Source: Clostridium sp. CAG:508
GTDB lineage: Bacteria > Bacillota > Clostridia > TANB77 > CAG-508
Length of the DNA stretch: 58,082 bases
NCBI GenBank assembly: GCA_000435755.1
Contig: FR889081.1
Location: forward strand, 24,466 to 82,547
Reading direction: 5' to 3'
Below the pieces are notes generated by a model. That model saw only the letters and a program-made list of their open reading frames with translations. It did no database searches and was not told where the DNA came from. Position 1 is the first letter of the stretch; every line of letters begins with the position of its first letter. Of this stretch, positions 10,195 through 19,493 are shown piece by piece. The position numbers were made by a program, and so were the translations under genes.

Positions 10195-10446
10195 TTATCT
10201 GCGATTCAGTTTCTTCAGATAGCGTTTAATGGGCTTCTGGAATGCCAATGCGATTCCATAACCAATAATTGCAAATCCGAAGATCCAGCCGGTGTATGCC
10301 CATACTCCAAAGAGTGTGGAATCCACACTTGCCTTGATTCCGAAAGGCAGAACCTTCGCCATGTAGGAACCCATAATATAGATTCCAAATAAACTGATGA
10401 GAATGCCCAACAGCTCCGAGATCAACGTTCTTGTAGTCTTTTTCAT
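10195..10446 (-). CDS. Small (83 aa) membrane protein of unknown function, compositionally foreign
   Basis: 2-3 hydrophobic helices and a basic tail KRYLKKLNRR. AAGGAG RBS 8 nt upstream. About 43-47% GC by hand count, against much lower flanks. Confidence 0.6.
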   Translation of the reverse strand: MKKTTRTLISELLGILISLFGIYIMGSYMAKVLPFGIKASVDSTLFGVWAYTGWIFGFAIIGYGIALAFQKPIKRYLKKLNRR

Positions 10447-10520
10447 GATGTATATCTCCTTAATAAATAAATTTTAATACCTTAATTATACCATTTTTTC
10501 TTATATAAATCAAATTTAGT

Positions 10521-13500
10521 TTACATAAGTATTTCTATGTTATACACTCCATCTGCAGAATTTAGCTCAATTTTCTTATCTGGTATTTCTTTTCCATTTA
10601 GTTTAAAGCTTTCTACTGTGTTATTTTTACCATTTGGATTACTTACATGAATGTTATATACAGAGTTTCCATGTTTATATTTTATGCTATATTCTTTCCA
10701 GTCGCTTGGAATACATGGCTGTATACTTAGGTATCCATTTTCTATGCGTAGGCCTAATAAATACTTAATACCTGCTTCATACATCCAGCTACTTGAGCCT
10801 GTGTACCATGTCCAACCACCTCGTCCTGCTAAATTTTTTTGAGTATATACATCTGCACTAATTACATATGGTTCTACTTTATATTTGTTTGCCGCTTCTT
10901 TCGTTCTACTATGCTCAATTGGGTTTATCATTCTATAATATTCCCCTGCTTTATCTCCAAAGCCTAGCAAACTAAATGCAATTATTGCCCAAATAGCTCC
11001 ATGTGTGTATTGTCCTCCATTTTCTCTGGTTCCTGGTACATAGCTGCTAATATAGCCTGGTTTTAGTATTCCTTTGTCAAATGGCGGGTCTAGTAATTTT
11101 ATCACTCCATTTTCTTTATCTATTAAGTGGTTCTCTAAACTTTCCATTGATATATATTTTTTATCATTGTCTCCTGCTCCTGATATTACAGACCAGCTTT
11201 GTGCAATTGAATCTATTCTACATTCCTGGTTTTGCATACTTCCTAAAACATTTCCGTCATCCATAAATGCTCTTCTAAACCATCTGCCGTCCCATCCACT
11301 AGCATTTAATGCTCTCTTTAATTTTTCTGTTATTTCTTCATATTTTTTTGCTAAATCTGGTTCATCTTTTTCTATACATATTGGAATAAATTTCTTCAAA
11401 ACATCATACATAAAAAATCCCAACCATATACTCTCACCTTTACCTTTATTTCCTACTGTACTAAATCCGTCATTCCAGTCTCCTGAACCTATTTTAGGTA
11501 AGCCATTTTCTCCAAAGTCTAAAGATATTTCTATTGCTTTTTTGCAATGTTCATAAATGCTTTCTGTTAATTCTGTCTGCTCATATCTATCATACTTTTC
11601 GTCGACTCCTGTTTCAAGTATAGCACCTGTTAGATATGGCGTTTGAATATCTAGTATTTGCTTATCTCCTGTAAATGATATATAGTCTTCTACTAAATAC
11701 ACTAACCATAATCTGTCGTCTGTAAATCTTGTGCGTATTCCTCTAATTGTTTCTTCATGCCACCAATGTTCTACATCTCCTTCTATAAATTGATGTGCAC
11801 TGTGTTTTATTATTTGCTGTTTTGTAAACTCTGGATCAACATATTTTAATGCAATTGTATCTTGAAGTTGGTCTCTAAATCCATATGCTCCACCAGATTG
11901 ATAATATCCTGTTCTTCCTAATAATCTTGAAGTTATAGTTTGATAAATTAACCAACTATTTAACAAAATATTTGTAGATTCCAATGGTGTACTTACTTGT
12001 AGATTATCTGTTATGCCTCTCCAGTAATTTTTAGTTTTTTCATATTCTTCTTTTACTTTGCTTAAATTACAATACTTGTATGCTATATCTTGGCACTCTA
12101 AAACAGTTTTACCCACACCTAATGTAAATACAATTTCCTTGCTTTCTAGTGCTTCTAGTTCTACCTCACATTGAATAGCAATTATTCCATTTTGCCATAA
12201 ACTGTTTGAATTATCTAATTTTATTTGGCGTATTCCATCTGGATTTGCTAAACCTCCATTGCCCACAAAGTTTTGCTTACTTCCAGTATATGATGTTATT
12301 TTTTCGCCACTTGATACAAATAAATATTGTGAAAATGTTTCTTCTTGGGCGGTATTTTTCATACAAATTACATTTGAATTTGGTATAAATTCTAAAGTAC
12401 AATATCCATTTGATTTAAGCTCATCTTCTTCTAACACTGGTTTTATATAATACACAAGTTTTAGTTTTTTCTTTTTTAGTCCATTGTTTTCAAGTTTTAG
12501 AGTTTGCACCTTTATATTATCTTCCATTGGAATATACATTTCTAAATTTTGACTTATTTCATCACTTTGATGGCGATATTTTGCATATCCTAATCCATAT
12601 GTGATATAGTAGTCATTATCGTCTGGACATGGATTTAAGCCCATAGACCATACTTTTTTACTTTCTTCATTTTGCAAGTATATTATTTCTGACGGTACAT
12701 CTTGTACTGGTAAGTTTCTCCATGCTGTTAATCTATTTAATCTGCTATTTTTATACCAAGTATAACCTCCCATTCCCTCTGTTACTAAAGTTCCAAATTG
12801 CTTGTTAGTTAAGATATGGCTCCATACTGTTGGTAATTTTTCATCTTTATTTACACGAATTATATATTCTTTTCCGTCTTGTGAAAAACCACCGTAATCA
12901 TTTAAATATTTTAGCTCTGTTAATTTTTCTCTTTTAGCTGGTATGGTTTCTACCATTCTTGGTGTTTCTTCAAATGGTATATCTTTTATACTATCTAGAT
13001 ACTCATCTTCAAGTTCTTTTAAATACCTGTATATATTGCCATAACTTGCATTTAAAGTTAAGTTTGCACGATACTCAAAAAAGTTTATCTCATCTTGTGA
13101 TAAATTTTCTAATACAAAAATTCCACTTTTTATATTTTGCAAATATGATAAATTCTCATTTGAAATACTGTTATATATTTCATCTCTTAGATTACCGTCA
13201 TAACTGTATTTTTCTTGATTTATAATTATCAAATCTACTAATATATTTTTCACTCTAAAATAGTTATAGGCTTTTAAAGTTTCTTCTAAAGTTTCTATTT
13301 CGTCTTTTTCTTTTATTTTTAATAACAGTATCGGCAAATCTCCTGAAATCCCATACTGCCACAACCTGCTTACAGGTGCTTCCATACTGCTACAAGTTAG
13401 AGTCTTTAATGGGTTATTATATAGCAAATATCCTAACATTTTTTGGTACAGCTCAGTTTGTCTTGCATTTACTCCTAAATATTTATTTTCCGCTTCTTTA

Positions 13501-16500
13501 CTAGCTCTCGCAAGTTCAAAGTTGTGTTTAATTGTAGCTTGGCTTGTAAATTCTTTTAAGGTTTCTTCTACTTTTTGTTTAGTTTCTGCAACTGCTAAAA
13601 TTAAATTAAGTGTTACCTTTTCTTCTGGCTTTATTGTTATAGTTCTTTTCATACTTGCAATCGGTTCTGTTGTCAACTGCATATTGTTACTAAATGGAAT
13701 TGAATTTTTTATTGCTATTGGAAGCCCTAATTCATTCCTTCCATAAAATTTTTCCTTATCTATTTCATATTCTAGCTTTCCTACTGTCTCATTTTCTGTG
13801 TAAAATTTTATACCTAAAAATACTTGATTTTCGTTATCTGTCCTTTTTCTTCTAGTAACTAAAATTGCTTCTAAATCATCTAAATATTCATAGTTTAAAA
13901 ATAAATTATTAAAACTTGGGTGGCTGTAGTCTTGTGCTGGTTCTGAAAGTACAGGTTCTAAAAAGCTTGTAATTTCTAGTGTTTTGCTTTCTAGCCCATG
14001 GTTTGTTATTTCTAAACTTCTTAACTCTACTGGGCTATCTACCATAACACTTGTTTTTAATATTGTTTCTATTCCACCATCTTGTCTTACTATTTTGTTT
14101 TGATCATCTGAAAAATACATTACATATTTGTCTGCATTATTCATATAACTCATTTTATTAGCTGTCCATATTCTATTTGTTTTTACATCTTTTATATAAA
14201 AGAAAATTCCTTGTTCAATATCATTTGTTTTTTTGTACCTATTTATTAGTATATTTTTGTACTTACTATAGCCTTCTCCTTTGGCATTCATTACAACTGT
14301 ATACTCATTACTTGATATTACATTTATTTGTGGAATTTTCAAGTTTGGCTTAGTTATTTCTCTTACTGAATAATTATTATCATATACATATTTTATTTTT
14401 TCTACTTTTTCTTTTTCCTCTTTTGTAATTATTATATTTTCTGGCATTTTTTCTTGAAGTAGAATGTCTATTGCCTTTAATTCAGGGTTTTCCATAAATC
14501 TTTTTTGCATTATATTATTCTTAAATAGGTTGTTTATTGCAAGTAATATTAAGCCTTGGTGATGTGCCATATATGTTTTTACTACTGCATATTTTTCACC
14601 TTTTTTTAATCTAGTTGGAGTATAGTCAATTGATTCATAAAATCCATATTGTTTATACATACCGTTTTTTTCTAATATTTTTAAATTTTCAACAACCTCT
14701 TTTGGAGCCTCTGTAAGCGCTAAAATACTTCCGTAAGAACTTGTTACCATTTCATCTGAAAGTCCTCTTTTTAATCCTATCCAAGGGATCCCAAAAGCTT
14801 TATATTGATAATTGTTTTGCAAGTCTTTTAAATAAAAAGCTGATTCTGATATTCCCCAAGGAATGTTGAGTTTTTTAGCATATTCTTTCTGGCTCATAAG
14901 CATAAACTTGCATGACTCATCTAATATGCTACCCGGATATTTAGGAATATTTATATTTGGCATAAAATATTCAAAAGCTGTTCCAGACCACGATATTAGT
15001 CCTTTATATTTATTCAATATTGTAAGTGTTCTACTCAAATTGTTCCAATGTCTTGCTGGTACATCTTTTTTTGCTATTGCTATTAAGCTAGTTTGCCTTG
15101 CTTCTGATGCAAGTAAATCATAATATGAATCTGTTAAACTGTTTTCCTCTATATTAAATCCAATTGAAAATAGTCGAGTGTTTTCATCATATAGTTTTGA
15201 AAAATCTGTGTTTTTAATTAGTGTATCTACTGTTAAAAGTAATGCTTCAACATTGTTTTCTTGAATATGTTCTAGTAAAAATTGTTTTAAAGTAAATAAA
15301 TATCCAACCAAATTTCCACTATCTACTGATGAAATATATCTTGGTATTAAAGGTTGTAAATTATCTAGGTTATACCAGTTGTATAAATGACCATTCCATT
15401 TTGGAAGATTACTAATTGTATTTAGCATTTTTTCCAATAATTTAAGTGTGTCTTCTAAATTTTCGTAACCCAAATCATAACTAGCTACTACTGCAAGTAA
15501 GCCTAACCCAATATTTGTAGGTGAAGTTCTATTCACAAGTTTTGGTTTTCTATCTTCTTGGTAGTTATCTGGTGGTAGAAAATTGCTTTTTTCATTTATA
15601 AATTCTTTAAAATACTGCCAAGTTTTTTTGCCTAAATTTAATAAATATTCTTTGTCTGCATCATTTAATTTTTCTAGCTGTGGCGTTACTTTATATTCTT
15701 TACTTATTTGCCACATTACTGCAGGAGTAATTGTCCAAAGTAGTCCAAATAAAAGTATAAATATATTGCTGAATTTTAATGGTAATATAAATAACATTGC
15801 TAGTGTTAATACGCCTAAAATAACGTTTAAAATCATATTTTTATAATACGAAAATAAATCTTTTTTTGCATTTTTTTCAGCTTCTTCTGCTGTCATCCAT
15901 TCAAGTAAATGTTTTTGGGTAACAAATACTCTTCTTAAAGTTTTTATACAAGCATTTAAGCTAAAATATGCTTTGTCTGGTAAATTTCCTAAAGCTAATA
16001 ATCCTCTTTGAATTGCTGCATTTGGTCCCGATATTGTTTTTGTAAAAGTTTTTTGTGGTTTTTCTTGATCCTTTTTAAATAATATACGGTTTAATAATTC
16101 TAAAATAGTTGGAATTATTGTTGCTATCACAAGCAAAGTTATTATTGGCCATATTTTTATATTAAACAATAGCTTGAAAATACTTACATAAACCATTGAT
16201 ATTACTACTGTTGGCTCCAATAAACTTCTTACTAAATTGTCTAAAATTTTGTATCTTGATAATATACTTAATGGGTTTTCCTTTTTCTCTCCTCTTTTAT
16301 TTATAATGCTACTGCCTAACCATTGCACCAATTGCCAGTCTCCACGTATCCATCTGTGAAGCCTTGCTTTAAAACTATTATATCCTGTAGGGTATCCATC
16401 AAGTAACATTATATCTGTTGCCAGTCCACATCTTAAGTAACTTCCCTCTAGTAAATCGTGGCTTAACACAGTATTTTGAGGTATTTCATTTGTAAGTACA

Positions 16501-18626
16501 GTAGAAAATATTTGTAAATCGTAAATTCCCTTTCCTGTAAAAATTCCTTCCTCAAAATTGTCCTGATATATGTCTGAAATGGCATTTGTATATGCGTCTT
16601 TTCCACTTGAACCTGCATATAATTTTGTAAAATAGCTTTTTTGCACATCTAAAAGTGAAATTCCAACTCGTGGTTGTATCAATGCATGTCCATCTATTAC
16701 TAAGTCTTGTTTATGATTTAATACTGGTTTATTTAATATATGTGCCATTGCACCTATTAGCTCTAATCCAGTATTTAGACAAAGTTCAGTGTCTGCATCT
16801 AAGGTTATTACATATTTAATCTTAGGAATTTTTTCGCATTTTTCAATTGTATTTGCTAAAAATTCATTTTTACTTTTTCCTAAAACATATTCATTAAATT
16901 GATTTAATAATCCTCTTTTTCTTTCCCAGCCCAAATAACATTCTTCTGCTGTATTCCAAGTTCTTTTTCTATATAAAAAATGAAACTTTGGAAAGTTATT
17001 ATCTGGATATTTTTTATTTAATCTCTCCGCTTCTTCAATTCCTGTACTTACAACCTCTTCGTCAAAAGGTTCTTTCTCATTTTTTCCTGCTGTGCAATCA
17101 CCTAAAAGTGCAAAATATATGTTATCACTCTTGTTTGCCATATAATATTTTTCTAAATTCTTCGTTATTTTCTGCACTTTTTGCTTAGAATTCACAATTG
17201 TAGGTATAACCACAAAAGTTGCTGATTCTTCCGGCACACCTGCTTCAAAATCCAATTTAGGTATTGGCTTTGGTTTTATAAATTTTCCTAAAATATATTG
17301 TGCAATTTGCACTAAAATGGTTTGCACTGGGATAATTAGCAATACTCCTAATAGCACAGCAAACCATACTGAAAATTGTGCTTTTGCATAAAAACAACTT
17401 GCAAATAATATACAAATTATAGCTGTGCAAATACTTAGTGCAGTAAGCCATATTGCAATTTTTTTATCATTTGATAGCTTATTTGTTTTTTTGCCTGTCA
17501 ACTCTTGCAGTAATTGCCCTTTGCCATCTGATATTAAATAATATCCTACATGTTTTTGTTTATCACCTTTTGCTTTATCAGCTAAATGCCATACCTTTTT
17601 TGCTATATATATTTCAGAAATCTTAGTTTTTTTGGCTATTTCTTTTATTGCATTTCTGTATACTATTCTTGTTTGATAATCCATTTTTTCATAGACATTC
17701 GCTGGATCTTGTTTTAGTATATCTTCAACACCATTTATGTCTTCAAAAATTTCTAGCATACTAATTCTATTTAAATTTTTAATGCTTGTAATACAATTGC
17801 CCATTGATACTTTGTTTATAGCAATTTCAAAATGTTCTTTTTTTATGGCTTCATCTAAATCCATACCTGCTCTATTTACTTGTTCTTCTAAAATAGATAT
17901 ATATGGATATGCCTTTTTGCCGTACTTTTTTAATTTATATGATAAGTATTCAATAAATGGATACTTCATTTCTGTATGTTTTGTTAGTTTGTCTTTGTAT
18001 TCTGATAGCTTGGTAAACTGCAATTCATCTTTATTTTTTTGTTCAACTAGTCTTTCAATTATATTTTCAACTTTGTATTTTTGGAGCTGAGAAACATATA
18101 TCTTTTCACAAATTTGCCTAATGTTTTCTATTAAGGCAATTTTCATAAAAATGCCTATGCTCCATATTTCTTCCATACTTAAGGTCTTCTTTTTTTGATA
18201 TGCTTGTATATAATCACTTAAATTTTTGCCATCTATTTTATTATCTGTGTAATTTACAATCTCACTTGCTAAAACATACACTCTAGCAAAGCCAGCATAA
18301 TTTCCATTTGCTAGCCCTAAAAACTTTGTATATTTATGTTTTGGAAGCTCTAACTTTATGTTTTTTACTGCCTCATCTATTACATAGTAATTGTCTAAAA
18401 TCCACTCTCCTGCTGAATGTATTGGTATTTTTAATTTTGCATGTTCATTTAATAAATTATATGTTTGAGTAATTAACTCAAAATTTTCTTTTAATCTTGG
18501 AATTGGGTATGTTTCTTTATCCGAAAAGTTCTGTAAATTATGGCTTGAAGCCACTTTTTCTAAATAATCTTCTAATTGATTTTTACCTAAAATTGCACCT
18601 TTTATCATTAAGGTTTTATATTGCAT
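10521..18626 (-). CDS. Cyclic beta-1,2-glucan synthase homolog (ChvB/NdvB/Cgs-like): GT domain, TM segments, C-terminal GH94 phosphorylase-like domain
   Basis: 2701 aa. Several TM helices bracket a glycosyltransferase region (VVIPTIV, ITLDADT, QPRVG). C-terminal GH94-type motifs GGAYGFRDQLQD and GSGDWNDGFS. Confidence 0.8.
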   Translation of the reverse strand: MQYKTLMIKGAILGKNQLEDYLEKVASSHNLQNFSDKETYPIPRLKENFELITQTYNLLNEHAKLKIPIHSAGEWILDNYYVIDEAVKNIKLELPKHKYTKFLGLANGNYAGFARVYVLASEIVNYTDNKIDGKNLSDYIQAYQKKKTLSMEEIWSIGIFMKIALIENIRQICEKIYVSQLQKYKVENIIERLVEQKNKDELQFTKLSEYKDKLTKHTEMKYPFIEYLSYKLKKYGKKAYPYISILEEQVNRAGMDLDEAIKKEHFEIAINKVSMGNCITSIKNLNRISMLEIFEDINGVEDILKQDPANVYEKMDYQTRIVYRNAIKEIAKKTKISEIYIAKKVWHLADKAKGDKQKHVGYYLISDGKGQLLQELTGKKTNKLSNDKKIAIWLTALSICTAIICILFASCFYAKAQFSVWFAVLLGVLLIIPVQTILVQIAQYILGKFIKPKPIPKLDFEAGVPEESATFVVIPTIVNSKQKVQKITKNLEKYYMANKSDNIYFALLGDCTAGKNEKEPFDEEVVSTGIEEAERLNKKYPDNNFPKFHFLYRKRTWNTAEECYLGWERKRGLLNQFNEYVLGKSKNEFLANTIEKCEKIPKIKYVITLDADTELCLNTGLELIGAMAHILNKPVLNHKQDLVIDGHALIQPRVGISLLDVQKSYFTKLYAGSSGKDAYTNAISDIYQDNFEEGIFTGKGIYDLQIFSTVLTNEIPQNTVLSHDLLEGSYLRCGLATDIMLLDGYPTGYNSFKARLHRWIRGDWQLVQWLGSSIINKRGEKKENPLSILSRYKILDNLVRSLLEPTVVISMVYVSIFKLLFNIKIWPIITLLVIATIIPTILELLNRILFKKDQEKPQKTFTKTISGPNAAIQRGLLALGNLPDKAYFSLNACIKTLRRVFVTQKHLLEWMTAEEAEKNAKKDLFSYYKNMILNVILGVLTLAMLFILPLKFSNIFILLFGLLWTITPAVMWQISKEYKVTPQLEKLNDADKEYLLNLGKKTWQYFKEFINEKSNFLPPDNYQEDRKPKLVNRTSPTNIGLGLLAVVASYDLGYENLEDTLKLLEKMLNTISNLPKWNGHLYNWYNLDNLQPLIPRYISSVDSGNLVGYLFTLKQFLLEHIQENNVEALLLTVDTLIKNTDFSKLYDENTRLFSIGFNIEENSLTDSYYDLLASEARQTSLIAIAKKDVPARHWNNLSRTLTILNKYKGLISWSGTAFEYFMPNINIPKYPGSILDESCKFMLMSQKEYAKKLNIPWGISESAFYLKDLQNNYQYKAFGIPWIGLKRGLSDEMVTSSYGSILALTEAPKEVVENLKILEKNGMYKQYGFYESIDYTPTRLKKGEKYAVVKTYMAHHQGLILLAINNLFKNNIMQKRFMENPELKAIDILLQEKMPENIIITKEEKEKVEKIKYVYDNNYSVREITKPNLKIPQINVISSNEYTVVMNAKGEGYSKYKNILINRYKKTNDIEQGIFFYIKDVKTNRIWTANKMSYMNNADKYVMYFSDDQNKIVRQDGGIETILKTSVMVDSPVELRSLEITNHGLESKTLEITSFLEPVLSEPAQDYSHPSFNNLFLNYEYLDDLEAILVTRRKRTDNENQVFLGIKFYTENETVGKLEYEIDKEKFYGRNELGLPIAIKNSIPFSNNMQLTTEPIASMKRTITIKPEEKVTLNLILAVAETKQKVEETLKEFTSQATIKHNFELARASKEAENKYLGVNARQTELYQKMLGYLLYNNPLKTLTCSSMEAPVSRLWQYGISGDLPILLLKIKEKDEIETLEETLKAYNYFRVKNILVDLIIINQEKYSYDGNLRDEIYNSISNENLSYLQNIKSGIFVLENLSQDEINFFEYRANLTLNASYGNIYRYLKELEDEYLDSIKDIPFEETPRMVETIPAKREKLTELKYLNDYGGFSQDGKEYIIRVNKDEKLPTVWSHILTNKQFGTLVTEGMGGYTWYKNSRLNRLTAWRNLPVQDVPSEIIYLQNEESKKVWSMGLNPCPDDNDYYITYGLGYAKYRHQSDEISQNLEMYIPMEDNIKVQTLKLENNGLKKKKLKLVYYIKPVLEEDELKSNGYCTLEFIPNSNVICMKNTAQEETFSQYLFVSSGEKITSYTGSKQNFVGNGGLANPDGIRQIKLDNSNSLWQNGIIAIQCEVELEALESKEIVFTLGVGKTVLECQDIAYKYCNLSKVKEEYEKTKNYWRGITDNLQVSTPLESTNILLNSWLIYQTITSRLLGRTGYYQSGGAYGFRDQLQDTIALKYVDPEFTKQQIIKHSAHQFIEGDVEHWWHEETIRGIRTRFTDDRLWLVYLVEDYISFTGDKQILDIQTPYLTGAILETGVDEKYDRYEQTELTESIYEHCKKAIEISLDFGENGLPKIGSGDWNDGFSTVGNKGKGESIWLGFFMYDVLKKFIPICIEKDEPDLAKKYEEITEKLKRALNASGWDGRWFRRAFMDDGNVLGSMQNQECRIDSIAQSWSVISGAGDNDKKYISMESLENHLIDKENGVIKLLDPPFDKGILKPGYISSYVPGTRENGGQYTHGAIWAIIAFSLLGFGDKAGEYYRMINPIEHSRTKEAANKYKVEPYVISADVYTQKNLAGRGGWTWYTGSSSWMYEAGIKYLLGLRIENGYLSIQPCIPSDWKEYSIKYKHGNSVYNIHVSNPNGKNNTVESFKLNGKEIPDKKIELNSADGVYNIEILM

Positions 18627-18743
18627 TTTAAAATTCCACTCCTTGCATTATATGTTTACACATATTTTTCTCAAAAAGTGGAATTTTTATTCAAAAATCA
18701 TAATTTTAGAATTATCTCATATATATGATTATGGGGTGGATTT

Positions 18744-19457
18744 ATGGTTGTTTTGAGTAAAAAGAGATTGGGTATTATTTCTAGTATTTTGTTAGTTTGT
18801 GTGTTTGTTTTTGTTTTTCAAATTGCAAATACTGATAAAACTGTTCCTACTGTTTCTTTGCCGGTTTCTAATAAGGTTATTGTTCTAGATGCTGGTCATG
18901 GAAAACCTGATGAGGGTGCTCAATCGAGTAATGGCACCACTGAAGCTGAAACAAATTTGAAAATAACTTTGAAGGTCCAAAGTTTGCTAGAACAGTCTGG
19001 TGCTACTGTAATTTTAACTCGTAGTGATGAAAATGCTATTTATGACTTAGATAAAAACACTTTGAGAAAAAAGAAAATTTCTGATATTCATAATAGAGTA
19101 AAAATTGGTAATGAGAGTTCTGCTGATATTTTTGTTTCTATTCATTTGAATAAAATTCCTCAGCAACAGTATTATGGTTGGCAATGTTTTTATAAACAGA
19201 ATGATGAGAAGAGTACTGTTTTAGCAAAGAGCTTACAACAAAATTTAAATGATTCAATTCAGAAAGAAAATAAAAGGGTAGCTATGAAGCTTGATAATGT
19301 TTATATTATAAAGCATGTGGAAATTCCTATATCTATTGTGGAATGTGGATTTTTATCTAACCCTGAAGAAGAACAGCAGCTTTTAACTGATGAATATCAA
19401 GATAGATTAGCTTGGGGAATTTATAATGGTATAATGGATTATTTTTATAATACATAA
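18744..19457 (+). CDS. cwlD: Germination-specific N-acetylmuramoyl-L-alanine amidase
   Basis: Signal anchor plus Amidase_3 motifs VLDAGHGKPDEGA, TEAETNLKI, FVSIHLN, ECGFLSNPEE. Size and sequence are typical of CwlD. Confidence 0.85.
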   Translation: MVVLSKKRLGIISSILLVCVFVFVFQIANTDKTVPTVSLPVSNKVIVLDAGHGKPDEGAQSSNGTTEAETNLKITLKVQSLLEQSGATVILTRSDENAIYDLDKNTLRKKKISDIHNRVKIGNESSADIFVSIHLNKIPQQQYYGWQCFYKQNDEKSTVLAKSLQQNLNDSIQKENKRVAMKLDNVYIIKHVEIPISIVECGFLSNPEEEQQLLTDEYQDRLAWGIYNGIMDYFYNT

Positions 19458-19493
19458 AAGGTTCTCTATTTTTTAAGAGAACCTTTTAATTTT
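19456..19493. terminator. Bidirectional terminator between cwlD and the convergent LPXTG gene
   Basis: 12-bp stem aaaaggttctct (19456-19467) / agagaacctttt (19476-19487) with flanking T-rich sequence. Confidence 0.8.

Noticed and set aside
10447-10461. The RBS of the GC-rich small ORF reads AAGGAGATATACAT(C)ATG, a 14-nt match to the phage T7 gene-10 / pET-vector RBS
   Set aside because: I considered vector contamination or an engineered insert. There is no T7 promoter, lac operator, tag, multiple cloning site or other vector-like sequence nearby. An SD followed by an AT-rich spacer is plausible by chance in this genome. Still worth a quick VecScreen.
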